DNA from: Alphaproteobacteria bacterium
Lineage (GTDB): Bacteria; Pseudomonadota; Alphaproteobacteria; MPNO01
Assembly: GCA_964291675.2 (NCBI GenBank)
Contig: OZ219865.1
Span: 96,001-160,000, forward strand
Length of the DNA stretch: 64,000 bases
Direction: 5' to 3'
The notes under the pieces are model-generated. The model ran no database searches. It was not told where the DNA came from and saw only the letters and a program-made list of their open reading frames with translations. Shown piece after piece: positions 10,105 through 20,425 of the stretch. Every line of letters begins with the position of its first letter. Position 1 is the first letter of the stretch. Both the position numbers and the translations under genes were made by a program.

Positions 10105-12240
10105 ATGCGCCGGCGAGTTCGGGACGCGTTGGTCGTGGCGGCGCTGCTCGCCGCCCTTCCCGCCGCCGCCTGGGCGCAGGGCGCGGCCACCTCGCCGCGG
10201 GCGGAGGCGCCGGTCACCCTGAAGGCCGATACGGTGACGCACAGCCGCGACGGCAACCTGCTGACCGCGATTGGCAATGTGGAGATCGTCGAGGGCGGAC
10301 GCGTGCTGCGCGCGGAGAAGGTGGAGTACGACCGCGTCACCGGCCGCATGATCGCCTCCGGCGACGTGGTCATCCAGGACCCGGACGGAAATGCCTTCTT
10401 CGCCGAGTCGATGGAGGTCTCCGGCGACCTCAAGGACGGCGCGGCGGAGCGCATCCGCATCCGGTTCCGCGACCGTGCCCGTCTCGCGGCGGCGGCCGGG
10501 CGGCGGATCGGAGGCACCAGGACCGAGCTCGACGACGCGGTCTTCACCGCCTGCCAGCCCTGCGCGGACGACCCCGGGGCGCCGCCTCCATGGCGCATCG
10601 CGGCGGGCGAGGTCGTCCGCGACACCGACGAGGAGTCCATCACCTACCGCGACGCGGTCTTCGAACTGTGGGGCGTGCCGGTGTTCTACACGCCCTACTT
10701 CCGACAGCCCGATATCGACGTGCGCCGCAAGACCGGATTGCTGGTCCCCGTCTTCGGCGTGGACGGCGAGCTCGGGATGATCGCGCGGCTGCCGGTATTC
10801 TGGGCGATCGCGCCCGACAAGGACGCGACCGTCACGCCCTTCCTGACCGAGAGGGAAGGCGTCGTCGGGTTGGTCGAGTACCGCCAGCGTTTCCCGGGCG
10901 GCGCCTTCAGCGCGGAAGGCAGCATCACCAGCGGCAGCACGAACACCGAGTCGCGCGCCACGCGCGGCCATCTCGACGCCGAAATCGCCTATGACATCGA
11001 CGATGCCTGGCGCGCCGGCGGCGCGTTGAGCATCGCCTCCGACGACACCTATCTGGGCCGCTACGATTTCTCGGACCAGCGGACGCTGACCAGCAGAGCC
11101 TTCGTGGAGGGGTTCTGGGGGCGGAACTACGCGGCGGCGAATTTCTACCGGTTCCAGGGATTGCGGCCCACCGACGAGCCGGACAAGGTCCCGCTGGTGG
11201 TGCCGGAGGTCGACTTCAACTTCCTCGGCGCGCGCGACCGGCTCGGCGGCCGCAGCAGCGTCGATGCCAATCTGCGCAGCCTGGTTCGCGAATTCGGCAG
11301 CGACAGCGTGAGGCTGTCCCTCAACAGCGCCTGGCGGCTCCCCTATACCAGCCCCGGCGGCCAGCGCCTCAACCTGTTCGCGCGGCTGCAGACCGACGCG
11401 TACTGGATCGAGCCGGAAGACGAGGCGACGGGGGGGAGCGGAACGCTCTCCGAGGTCGCGGGGCGCGCCTTCCCCCAGGCCGGACTCGACTGGCGCTACC
11501 CGTTTATCCGCGCCGGCGGGCGGTTCTCGCAGATCGTCGAGCCGATCGTGGGCGCGGTGGTCGCGCCGCGCGGCGGCAACCCGGGCCGCATCCCCAACGA
11601 GGACAGCGTCGATCTCGAGCTCGACGATACCAACGTGTTCGATCGTTCGCGGGTCACGGGTCTCGACCTGGTGGAGGACGGCGCCAGGATCTATTACGGG
11701 TTGAGGGGATCGCTGCTCGGCCCCGACGGCATGAGCGCGCACGCCTTTCTCGGACAGAGCTATCGTCTGGGCGGGACCGATTTGTTCCCGGCCGGCGCCG
11801 GGCTCGACAACGATTTCTCCGATATCGTCGGCCGGTTCGATCTCAGGCTCGACGACTATGTCCGGCTGCTCTACCGGTTTCGCTACGACCACACGGAGAG
11901 GATGGCGCGGCGGGACGAGGTGGGCGCCGTTCTGGGCCCGGAGCGTTTCAGGATTTCGACCGATTACCTGTTCATCGACAAGCAGGGGGCGCCGGCGGCA
12001 TTCGACGAGCGCAGGGAGATCAATCTACGGGTGGAGACCCGGATAACCGGCTCGGTCACGCTGCGCGGCGAGACCCAGCGCGACCTCGCCGGCGGGGGCT
12101 TCCTGTGGCACCGGGCGAGTCTCGGCTATCGCGGCGACTGCTACACGATCGACGTCAACTTCAAGCGTTCGTTGACCCGCGACCGCGACATCCGCCCGAC
12201 CGACACGTTCTTCGTGCGCATCGGCCTGACGGCGGGCTGA
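10105..12240 (+). CDS. lptD: LPS assembly outer-membrane protein LptD
   Basis: Signal peptide, OstA-like N-domain (LKADTV, GNVEI, FTACQPC), PVFYTPYF, IPNEDS, SDIVG, and a beta-barrel C-terminus. Confidence 0.93.
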   Translation: MRRRVRDALVVAALLAALPAAAWAQGAATSPRAEAPVTLKADTVTHSRDGNLLTAIGNVEIVEGGRVLRAEKVEYDRVTGRMIASGDVVIQDPDGNAFFAESMEVSGDLKDGAAERIRIRFRDRARLAAAAGRRIGGTRTELDDAVFTACQPCADDPGAPPPWRIAAGEVVRDTDEESITYRDAVFELWGVPVFYTPYFRQPDIDVRRKTGLLVPVFGVDGELGMIARLPVFWAIAPDKDATVTPFLTEREGVVGLVEYRQRFPGGAFSAEGSITSGSTNTESRATRGHLDAEIAYDIDDAWRAGGALSIASDDTYLGRYDFSDQRTLTSRAFVEGFWGRNYAAANFYRFQGLRPTDEPDKVPLVVPEVDFNFLGARDRLGGRSSVDANLRSLVREFGSDSVRLSLNSAWRLPYTSPGGQRLNLFARLQTDAYWIEPEDEATGGSGTLSEVAGRAFPQAGLDWRYPFIRAGGRFSQIVEPIVGAVVAPRGGNPGRIPNEDSVDLELDDTNVFDRSRVTGLDLVEDGARIYYGLRGSLLGPDGMSAHAFLGQSYRLGGTDLFPAGAGLDNDFSDIVGRFDLRLDDYVRLLYRFRYDHTERMARRDEVGAVLGPERFRISTDYLFIDKQGAPAAFDERREINLRVETRITGSVTLRGETQRDLAGGGFLWHRASLGYRGDCYTIDVNFKRSLTRDRDIRPTDTFFVRIGLTAG

Positions 12241-12248
12241 CGCGCGGA

Positions 12249-12974
12249 TCAGTCCGGCAGAAAGGCGGCGAGCTCCCGCTCCACCGCCTTGGCGTCTCTC
12301 GCCAGCCCGTCCGCGATGCCCCGCGCCATGGCGTCGGGGTACAGGTCTTCGACATCGCCCGCGAGCGCTTCGACGACGGAAGCGGCCACGTCCTCCGGCC
12401 TCGCGTCCCCGCCGGGCGTCATGTCGGTGTCCACCGCCCCCGGCAATACGCCGAGCACGCGCGTTCCCTGTCCGGCGAGCTCCGCGCGCACGCCCTGGGT
12501 CATCGAATACGCCGCCGCCTTGGACGCGGCGTAGCTGCCGATGGCGGGCAGGTTCACCCGAGCGATGACCGAAAGGACGTTGACGATCGTCCCGCCGCCG
12601 TTCGCCTTGAGCAGCGGCGCGAAGGCGCGGCACATGGAGAGCGTGCCGAGATAGTTGACCTCGATCTCGGCGCGGGCATTGGCGAGCGCCTCGGGCTCGC
12701 CGATCAGGGGGCGGTTGCGGTTGACCCCGGCATTGTTGATCAGCAGCGTCACGTCGGCGCAGCGTTCGGCCGCCCGCGCCACCTGTTCCGGCCGGGTCAC
12801 GTCGAGCGCCAGCGGGACGACGCGCGGGTCGTCGGCGAGCGCGCCGAGCTTCGCCGGATCTCGCGCGCCGGCATAGATCCTGGGCGCCTGCGCCGCCAGC
12901 AGGCGGTCCACGATGCGGCGTCCGATCCCGCGATTGGCGCCGGTGACGAGGGCGATCGCGCGCGATACGTCCAT
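12249..12974 (-). CDS. SDR family oxidoreductase
   Basis: VTGANRGIG, LINNAGV and catalytic YAASK. Start placed at MDVSRAIAL. Confidence 0.92.
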   Translation of the reverse strand: MDVSRAIALVTGANRGIGRRIVDRLLAAQAPRIYAGARDPAKLGALADDPRVVPLALDVTRPEQVARAAERCADVTLLINNAGVNRNRPLIGEPEALANARAEIEVNYLGTLSMCRAFAPLLKANGGGTIVNVLSVIARVNLPAIGSYAASKAAAYSMTQGVRAELAGQGTRVLGVLPGAVDTDMTPGGDARPEDVAASVVEALAGDVEDLYPDAMARGIADGLARDAKAVERELAAFLPD

Positions 12975-12979
12975 GGCGC

Positions 12980-14218
12980 CTACTCCGCGGGCTCGCTTTC
13001 CGCCCAGCGCGCCATCAGACGGTTGGACTCCACGTTGGTGGCATCCAGCATCTTCTGTGCCACGTCCTGCCCGCCGACCGGCAGCCCGGTCGGGTCGAGC
13101 AGCCCGATCTGCACCAGCACCGAGGCCTGATCCCAGTAGATGTGCTCGTGGTAGAGCTTGTCGCCGCGGAAGTTGACGATCGCCACGACCGGCAACTCGA
13201 CGTATTTCCCGGTCGGCGCCACGCCCGGCAGCAGCCAGTCGATCTCGGTGTCGTGGGTGAAGCAGAACAGCATCTCGTCGACCACGCGGTCGGCGCCGAT
13301 GGTGCGCGACACCGGGATCAGCCTGGTGTCCTCCGGGTTGGCGTGGACGAAGTGGTTGAGATAGAAGCGGTGGAGGTTCCTGTGGCCGACCCCGCCGGTC
13401 ATCGTCGGGATGTGGTTGACATAGGGCTCCGGCACCATGGTCGCCATGGTGGCGTCGACGTCGCGGGTGATGAACTCGTACTCGCAATGCTTGTCCCAGA
13501 GATGGCTGAGATCGTAGACCGGGCCCATGGCGCGCCGCAGCGCGGCGATGGTCCGGCTGTGCGCCATCGACGACGACGGCTTGTCGAAGACCTCGCGGTC
13601 GGCGTTGTAGAAGCCGTGGTCGGCGCCCGGATAGGCGTAGATCTCGACATCCGTCCGGTCGCTGAAGGCATCGCGCAGGGCGGCCACGCCTTCCGGCGGC
13701 ATCCACTGGTCGAGCTCGGGGCAGTGGAACACCATGGGGCAGGCGATGTCGCCCGCCTCGCCGAGCAGCTCCGGCAGGCCGACGCCGTAGAACGAGATCG
13801 AGACCGCGGGGTCGAGCCGGGCGGCGGCGAGAAAGGCGAGCTTGCCGCCGAGGCAGAACCCCATGAAGCCCACGTCTCCGGTGCATTCCGGCAGCGCGCG
13901 CAGCGCCGCCATCGCCGCGCCGATATCCTCGATCGACCGGTCGACGTCGAAACGCTCGAAGTAGCCGAACGCGGTGGCGAACTCGTCCTCGGTGTAGCCC
14001 AGCTCGATGCCGGGCTCGATGCGCCAGAACAGGTCCGGGGCCAGCACGACATAGCCCTCCTCGGCGAAGTAGTCGGCGGTCGCGCGCATCGTCGCGTTGA
14101 TACCGAAGATCTCCTGCCCCAGCACCAGGCCGGGCCCCGACCCCGCCTCCGGCACCGCGAGATACCCGTTGAACCGCCCGCCGTCGCCGGCGGCGATCTC
14201 TATCGCCCGCCCCGCCAT
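12980..14218 (-). CDS. Dienelactone hydrolase fused to a C-terminal SnoaL-like domain
   Basis: QEIFGIN, nucleophile GFCLGG, YPGADHGF, then HCEYEF...PYVNHIPTMTGG...HEHIYWDQASVL. Confidence 0.9.
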   Translation of the reverse strand: MAGRAIEIAAGDGGRFNGYLAVPEAGSGPGLVLGQEIFGINATMRATADYFAEEGYVVLAPDLFWRIEPGIELGYTEDEFATAFGYFERFDVDRSIEDIGAAMAALRALPECTGDVGFMGFCLGGKLAFLAAARLDPAVSISFYGVGLPELLGEAGDIACPMVFHCPELDQWMPPEGVAALRDAFSDRTDVEIYAYPGADHGFYNADREVFDKPSSSMAHSRTIAALRRAMGPVYDLSHLWDKHCEYEFITRDVDATMATMVPEPYVNHIPTMTGGVGHRNLHRFYLNHFVHANPEDTRLIPVSRTIGADRVVDEMLFCFTHDTEIDWLLPGVAPTGKYVELPVVAIVNFRGDKLYHEHIYWDQASVLVQIGLLDPTGLPVGGQDVAQKMLDATNVESNRLMARWAESEPAE

Positions 14219-14277
14219 GTGTTCCTCCCCCTGGTCGCGTCGATATCGGCCGGTACTATAGACCAAGCCCGCCCGTC

Positions 14278-14784
14278 TCAGCCCTCGTCGAGATAGTGCC
14301 CGTGCGCGCGGTGCCAGTCCTCGATCCCCCGGTCGGGATAGATCTCGAAACGCGAGACCTCCGGGCCTTCCGGAACCTCGACCCAGCCGGGCGCGTAGCG
14401 CGTCATCAGCACGGTCTTTTGCGGCGGTCTGGGAAGCGGCGTGTCGATGGCCGAGGCGAAGGGGTGGATCAGCTCGGCCCAGCTCGGGTCCCAGACCCAG
14501 AGCGCCGAGCCGCACTTGGCGCAGAAGCTTCTGCGCGCCGTGCTCAGCCCGTCGTCCTCCAGATGGCCGCGCTCGTTGCCGGCGGCGCGGTAGATCGCGA
14601 TGTTCTCCTCGCCCTCGATCTCCAGCGTGTCGGCGAGGCCCATGATGTTGATGGCGTACCCGCCGCCGCCCGCCGTCTTGCGGCAGATCGAGCAGTAGCA
14701 GAAATTGTAGGGGTAGGGGGTGTGCGAGGCGAGGCTGAACCTCACCGCGCCGCAATGGCAGGACCCTTCGAGCTTCACCGGCAT
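14278..14784 (-). CDS. GFA family protein
   Basis: GSCHCGAVRF, CYCSICRK, FCAKCGS. Confidence 0.9.
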   Translation of the reverse strand: MPVKLEGSCHCGAVRFSLASHTPYPYNFCYCSICRKTAGGGGYAINIMGLADTLEIEGEENIAIYRAAGNERGHLEDDGLSTARRSFCAKCGSALWVWDPSWAELIHPFASAIDTPLPRPPQKTVLMTRYAPGWVEVPEGPEVSRFEIYPDRGIEDWHRAHGHYLDEG

Positions 14785-14870
14785 GTCTCCCTGTCGCATC
14801 TGCGCGGACCATAGGGGCACGCCCGCCGTCTTGCGGCAACCCGGCGTGGCGATCATCATCCGCGGCGCCC

Positions 14871-15620
14871 ATGTCCATCGAATCCCTCGCCGTCGTCATC
14901 GCCGCGCTGCTGCTCGGGACCCTCGGCAAGGCGATCACCGGGTTCGGGCTGCCGCTCTTCGCGGTGCCCGCGATGGCCGCCTTCATCGACGTGCAAACCG
15001 CGGTGGTGGTGATGGTGCTGCCGTCGACGCTGTCCAACGCGTGGCTGATATGGACCTACAGGCGCAGCGCGGCGGCGATCCCCGGGCTGTGGGCGGGGCT
15101 CGGCTGCGGGGTGGCGGGTATCGGCATCGGCGCCTGGCTCCTGAGCGCGCTCGACCCGGCGGTCATGGCGCTGGTGCTGTCTGGCTGGATCGCGGTCTAT
15201 CTGCTCACCGAGCTCGCGCGCTGCGAGATCCCGCCCCGGCTGACCGAGAGCCGCGGCATGCTCGCCTGCGTCATCGGCCTCGCCGGCATCTGCCAGGGCG
15301 CGACGGGGATCGCCGGGCCGATCCTGGTCACCTTCATGTACGCGATGCGGCAATCCCGCGAGGTCGTGGTGTTCGGGCTCGCCGCGGTGTTCCTCTCCTA
15401 CGGCGCGATCCAGGCCGGGTTCTACCTGTCGCTCGGGCTGGTGAGCGAAGAGCGGCTGTGGCAGAGCGCGGCGGCCACGATACCGGTGGTCCTCTTCATG
15501 CCGGTCGGCCTGTGGATCGCCCGCCGCATCGAGGGGCGGGCGTTCCGCTATCTGGTCCGCGTCCTGCTGCTCGCCGCCGGGGTCAAGCTGTTCGCCGACG
15601 GGCTCGGCGCGCTCGCCTGA
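14871..15620 (+). CDS. Sulfite exporter TauE/SafE family membrane protein
   Basis: About 8 TM helices, KAITGFG and GATGIAGP motifs. Confidence 0.85.
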   Translation: MSIESLAVVIAALLLGTLGKAITGFGLPLFAVPAMAAFIDVQTAVVVMVLPSTLSNAWLIWTYRRSAAAIPGLWAGLGCGVAGIGIGAWLLSALDPAVMALVLSGWIAVYLLTELARCEIPPRLTESRGMLACVIGLAGICQGATGIAGPILVTFMYAMRQSREVVVFGLAAVFLSYGAIQAGFYLSLGLVSEERLWQSAAATIPVVLFMPVGLWIARRIEGRAFRYLVRVLLLAAGVKLFADGLGALA

Positions 15621-15623
15621 CCC

Positions 15624-16853
15624 TCAGGCGGCGTCGAGCGACGGCTCGCGGGTACGCCCGAACAGGGCGAACCAGACCATGATCAGGACCGCGAGCGCGA
15701 GCGCGGGCAGCGCGACCAGGTTGACCCAGCTCCAGCCGAAGAAATGGTACAGCGCGCCGGACGACAGCGAGCCGATGGCGACGAAAGTGTAGACGATGAA
15801 GTTGGACGCACCCTGCGCCCGGTTGCGCTCGGCCGGCGTATAGGCGCCGGCGAGCAGCGTGGTCCCCGCGGTGAAGGCGAAGTTCCAGCCGATCCCGAGC
15901 AGCAGCATCGACAGCCAGTAATCGAACACCGCCTCGCCGCTCAGGGCGACCGCGACGCAGACGAGCTGGAGCAGAAAGCCGGTGAAGATGATCGGGATCT
16001 CTCCCGCCTTCTTGATGAACCAGCCGGTGACGAAAGCGGGGGCGAACATGCCGAGGCTGTGCCACATGATGACGAAGGCGGCCTGCTCGAAATGGTGGTC
16101 CGAGTGCTTCATGGCGAGCGGGGCTGCGGTCATCAGCATCGCCATCACGCTGTGCGCGATCAGCACCGACACCGTGGCGGCGACGAAGATGGGCTGCACC
16201 GCGATGGCGCCGAGCTTGCGCTGCTTCTGCGCCGCCTGCGACGCGGTGAGCGGCGGGATGTTGAGGAACATCAGCACCAGCGCGCTCAACAGCGTGGCGG
16301 CGACGAGGAACAGATAGGAGCCGAGGAAGCTCGCCCCGGCGAACAGGTCGTGGCCGAGCTTGGCGAACTCGGCGCCCACCACCGAGGCGGCGACCCCGCC
16401 GGCCAGCACCAGCGATACCGCGGTGCCGCGGAATTCGCGCGACGCCGTATCCGTCGCGGCGAAGCGGTAGAGCTGGGCGAAGCCGGAGAAGAAGCCGAAC
16501 ACCAGATTGCCCACGGTGAAGGTCCAGAAATCGGCCTCCACGATGCCGATCATGCAGATGACGCCGCCGACGGCGCCGATCAGCGAGCCGACGACGAAGC
16601 CCGCCCGCCGCCCGATCCGGCGCATCAGCATCGAGGCCGGGTAGGAGGCAGCGGCGGTACCGACGATCACCAGCGCCGCCGGCAGCGTCGCCAGCCCCTT
16701 CTGCTCGGCGAAGCTGTAGGCGACCAGCGCGGCCGTCGCGACCAGCAGGGTGCGGCCGGCGCCGAACAGCGTCTGGCAGATCGCCAGCACCAGCACGTTG
16801 CGCCGCTCCTGGACGGTGAACACCGACCAGACGGCGGACAGGACCCTGTTCAT
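15624..16853 (-). CDS. MFS transporter
   Basis: About 12 TM helices, RRIGRRAGF, QLYRFAA, LLGIGWNF. Confidence 0.9.
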   Translation of the reverse strand: MNRVLSAVWSVFTVQERRNVLVLAICQTLFGAGRTLLVATAALVAYSFAEQKGLATLPAALVIVGTAAASYPASMLMRRIGRRAGFVVGSLIGAVGGVICMIGIVEADFWTFTVGNLVFGFFSGFAQLYRFAATDTASREFRGTAVSLVLAGGVAASVVGAEFAKLGHDLFAGASFLGSYLFLVAATLLSALVLMFLNIPPLTASQAAQKQRKLGAIAVQPIFVAATVSVLIAHSVMAMLMTAAPLAMKHSDHHFEQAAFVIMWHSLGMFAPAFVTGWFIKKAGEIPIIFTGFLLQLVCVAVALSGEAVFDYWLSMLLLGIGWNFAFTAGTTLLAGAYTPAERNRAQGASNFIVYTFVAIGSLSSGALYHFFGWSWVNLVALPALALAVLIMVWFALFGRTREPSLDAA

Positions 16854-16960
16854 GCCGATGGATTGCTCCCGCGCGGACGCATCGCGTCCCGGTAGGTATG
16901 ATGACGCCCCATTCTAGCCGCCCGCGCGCGGCCGAATCCAACCGGAGACCGACTCGCCAA

Positions 16961-18361
16961 ATGTCCAGCACCGCCGACAGGCTGATTACGAACATCGACT
17001 GGCTGATCACCGTCGACGAACGCCGCCGCATCGTCCGCGACGCGGCGATCGCCATCGTGGGCGGGAAGATCGCGGCGGTCGGCAAGACGGCGGCGGTCGA
17101 GGCGGCGTGGCGGTCGGACGCGGTGACCGACGCGCGCGGCATGGTGGGAACGCCGGGCTTCGTCGACAACCACCTCCATTCCTCGTTCCAGATGGCGCGC
17201 GGGCTCGCCGACGAGGCCAACGCCCAGTCCTTCCTGTTCGACCACATGTACCCCTATGAGGGCGCGATGGAGCGCGACGACGTGCTGGTGAGCGCGTCGC
17301 TGACCGCGATGGAGATGCTGCGCCACGGCGTGACCTGCTTCGTCGATCCCGGCAACTACCACCCCGACGCGACCGTCGAGGCGGTGGGCAGGGCGGGGAT
17401 GCGGATGGTGATCGCGCGGTCGTCCTTCGACCGCACCAAATCGGTGATGGGCATCCTGCCGGAGGCGATGATCGAGACCACCGGGGACTGTATCGACCGC
17501 ACGGCGGCGCTGATGGAGCGCTTCGCCGGCGCGCATGACGGCAGGGTCTCGGTGAGCGCGTCGTTCCGCGGGCTCAACAACGCCTCCGACGCGCTCATCA
17601 CGGGTCTCAAGGCGCTGGCCGACCGGCACGGCGCGCTGCTGCAGACCCACGCCTGCTTCTCGTACTCGACCCATGACGGCTGCCTCGCCGCCTTCGGCGC
17701 GCCGGAGATCGAGCGGCTGGAATCGCTCGGCGTGCTGGACGAGCGCATGCTGCTGGTCCATTCGGGCTGGCTGGAGCCGCACGAGGTCGAGATCGTCGCC
17801 CGGCGCGGCCCGACCCTGGTCGCCGCACCGTCGTCCAGCATGCACAACGGCTACGGCAACTTCGTCATGGGCAAGCTGCCCGAGCTCGCCGCGCTCGGCG
17901 TCAACGTCGCCATCGGCTCGGACCACGCGTGCTCCGGCATCACCGACATGGCGCAGGAGATGCTGCTGCTCGCCGGCGGCTACAAGGAGGCCCGGATCAA
18001 CCCGCGCGTGCTGCCGCCCGAGCAGGTGGTCGAGATGGCGACCATCAACGGCGCGCGCGGTGCCGGGCTCGCCGAGAGCATCGGCAGCATCGAGATCGGC
18101 AAGGAGGCCGATATCGTGCTCTTCGACACGAGCTTTCCGGAATGGCAGCCGCTCTACAATCCGGTCTCCAACCTGGTCTATGCCGCGACCGGCAATTCGG
18201 TGAGCGAGGTCTTCGTCGGCGGCGCCCATCTGGTGGCGGGAGGCCGCTGCACGACGATCGACGAGGCGGCGGTGCTGGCCGAGGTCGCCGCGACCGCCGA
18301 GCGGATCGCCGGGCGCCTCGACATGGAGCGCATCGTCAAGCTGGCCTGGCCGGTGGAGTAG
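16961..18361 (+). CDS. Amidohydrolase family protein (SsnA/MtaD/AtzA-like)
   Basis: PGFVDNHLH metal motif, QTH, LLVH, GSD, GSIEIGKEADIVL. Start placed at MSSTAD. Confidence 0.88.
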   Translation: MSSTADRLITNIDWLITVDERRRIVRDAAIAIVGGKIAAVGKTAAVEAAWRSDAVTDARGMVGTPGFVDNHLHSSFQMARGLADEANAQSFLFDHMYPYEGAMERDDVLVSASLTAMEMLRHGVTCFVDPGNYHPDATVEAVGRAGMRMVIARSSFDRTKSVMGILPEAMIETTGDCIDRTAALMERFAGAHDGRVSVSASFRGLNNASDALITGLKALADRHGALLQTHACFSYSTHDGCLAAFGAPEIERLESLGVLDERMLLVHSGWLEPHEVEIVARRGPTLVAAPSSSMHNGYGNFVMGKLPELAALGVNVAIGSDHACSGITDMAQEMLLLAGGYKEARINPRVLPPEQVVEMATINGARGAGLAESIGSIEIGKEADIVLFDTSFPEWQPLYNPVSNLVYAATGNSVSEVFVGGAHLVAGGRCTTIDEAAVLAEVAATAERIAGRLDMERIVKLAWPVE

Positions 18362-18421
18362 CGCCCGGCACGACTAGCGCCTATGCTCGCGCGAACGTTA
18401 CCCCCAGCCGGACGGGCCGCA

Positions 18422-19267
18422 ATGAGCACCATTCTGGAACGCCCCATCGAAACCGCCGCGCCCGATTTCGTCGAGGCGGAGGTGAGGTACGTCGTCGACG
18501 ACGGAGCCCCGCCCTATCGCTACATCGACTGGCCCGAGATGCAGGACCGGGACCGTCCCCCGAGCTACGAGCCCAGGCGGGTGACGATCCGCAACGGCCG
18601 CAGCTCCGGCGAGACGTTCGCGCTGGCGACGCACGGCTTCACCCTGGTCGAGCATCCCACCGCGATGCAGGACTTTTGTGACGAGGAGGAGATCCTCCGC
18701 GTCTACTACCCGGAGACCGAGGCGCTGATAAAGGCCCAATCGGGCGCCCGGCGGGTCATCGTCTTCGACCACACGGTACGCACCGCCGACAAGTCCAGGC
18801 TCGCCGAGCGCTGGGTGCGCGAGACCGTGCACGCGGTGCACAACGACTACACCGAGCGTTCGGCGCCGCAGCGGGTGCGCGACTTCCTGCCCGCGGACGA
18901 GGCGGAGCGGGCGCTCGAAGGCCGCTACGGCATCGTCCAGACCTGGCGCTCCATCGCGCCCCGCGTCGAGTCCGAGCCGCTCGCCATGTGCGACGGCAAG
19001 TCGATCCCCGAAATGGGGTTCATCCCCTACCAGCGGCGCTACCGGGACCGCACGGCCGAGACCTATCACCTTGCCTTCAGCCCAAAACACCGCTTCTACT
19101 ACTTCCCGCTGATGACGCGGGACGAGGCGATGGTCTTCAAGGTGTTCGACACCGACGCCTCCGCCGGGGTCCGCTTCACCGCCCACACCGCGTTCGACGA
19201 CCCGACGACGCCGCCCGACGCGAAGGGCCGCGAGAGCATCGAGATGCGGGCGCTCGCCTTCTACTAG
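18422..19267 (+). CDS. CmcJ/NvfI/AsaB-like Fe(II)/2-oxoglutarate oxidoreductase
   Basis: VFDHTVR, VHNDYT (HxD), PLAMCD, AHTAF, RESIEMR. Confidence 0.85.
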   Translation: MSTILERPIETAAPDFVEAEVRYVVDDGAPPYRYIDWPEMQDRDRPPSYEPRRVTIRNGRSSGETFALATHGFTLVEHPTAMQDFCDEEEILRVYYPETEALIKAQSGARRVIVFDHTVRTADKSRLAERWVRETVHAVHNDYTERSAPQRVRDFLPADEAERALEGRYGIVQTWRSIAPRVESEPLAMCDGKSIPEMGFIPYQRRYRDRTAETYHLAFSPKHRFYYFPLMTRDEAMVFKVFDTDASAGVRFTAHTAFDDPTTPPDAKGRESIEMRALAFY

Positions 19268-19334
19268 GCTTGCCGCCGGCCCCATATCGGCCTAGCTTCG
19301 ACGACGCCACCGGTCGCCAACGGGGAGCGAGAGA

Positions 19335-20291
19335 ATGCCGCGCTTCAAGGACTTCGAGCCCACCGGGGTGATCCCGGCGACGCTGCTCGCCTTCAACGAC
19401 GATTTCAGCATCGACGAGCACTCGACGCGCCGGCATCTGCGCGACGTCTGCTCGGTCGAGGGCATCTCCGCCGTCGCGGTCAACGCGCACGCCTCCGAGG
19501 TGCACGCCTGCAGCTTCGACGAGCAGGTTCGCATCCTCGACCTCGCCATGGAGGAGGTCGGCGACCGGCTGCCGGTGATCAACGGCGTCTATGCCGACGG
19601 CAGCATCGAGGCGGCGCGTATCGCGCGCATGGCGGAGACCGGCGGCGCCTCGGCGCTCCTGGTCCTGCCGCCCCATTCGATCGGCCTGTTCGGCGGGCAG
19701 AAGCGTCCCGAGAGCGCGATCGCCCATTTCAGCATGATCGCCGATGCCACCGACCTGCCGATCGTGGTGTTCCAGTATCCCGGCGCCTATGCCTACCCGC
19801 TGGACACGCTGCTGCGCATGGCGGATGCGGTGCCGACGATCCGCGCGATCAAGGACTGGTCGCCGCCGATGGAGCACGAGCGCCATATCCGCGTCCTCCA
19901 GTCGCTGCCGAGGCCGGTGCACGTGCTGAGCACCAACAGCGCCTGGCTGATGTCCTCGCTCGCCATGGGCTGCCACGGGCTGCTGTCCGGCGCGGGCAGC
20001 GTCATCGCCGACCTCCAGGTCGCCCTGTTCCGGGCGGTCGAGGCGGGCGATCTGGTGCGCGCGAGAGAGATCAACGACCGCATCTACCCGGCCGCCGCCT
20101 GCTTCTACACCGAGCCCTTCGGCGACATGCACAACCGCATGAAGGAAGCCCTCGTGCATCTCGGCCGGCTGCCCCGCGCGGTGGTCCGCCCGCCGCTGGT
20201 CAAGCCGGAGCCGGACGAGATCGCCCGCATCGGCCGGGCGATGGCCGAGGCCGGGATCGAACGGGAAGGCGCGGTCCTCGAAGCCGCCTGA
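19335..20291 (+). CDS. Dihydrodipicolinate synthase/N-acetylneuraminate lyase family protein
   Basis: GVIPATL, NAHASE in place of GxxGE, LPIVVFQY, Schiff-base Lys in AIKDWS, VRPPL. Confidence 0.87.
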   Translation: MPRFKDFEPTGVIPATLLAFNDDFSIDEHSTRRHLRDVCSVEGISAVAVNAHASEVHACSFDEQVRILDLAMEEVGDRLPVINGVYADGSIEAARIARMAETGGASALLVLPPHSIGLFGGQKRPESAIAHFSMIADATDLPIVVFQYPGAYAYPLDTLLRMADAVPTIRAIKDWSPPMEHERHIRVLQSLPRPVHVLSTNSAWLMSSLAMGCHGLLSGAGSVIADLQVALFRAVEAGDLVRAREINDRIYPAAACFYTEPFGDMHNRMKEALVHLGRLPRAVVRPPLVKPEPDEIARIGRAMAEAGIEREGAVLEAA

Positions 20292-20349
20292 CCGGCCGGG
20301 AGGGCGAAGCGCGGGATCGGGCGCGGGCGACCCCCTCGCACTCTCCGCA

Positions 20350-20394
20350 CGTCATGCCTGGCCCCCGGACTCGATCCGGGGGCCGGCCATGACG
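20350..20394. repeat. CGTC-tagged REP palindrome with nested core
   Basis: CGTCATGCCTGG-CCCCCGGACTCGATCCGGGG-GCCGGCCATGACG, located between convergent genes. Confidence 0.85.
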
Positions 20395-20425
20395 GAGGGG
20401 GAACCCGCCCCAGGGGCCGCGCGCC

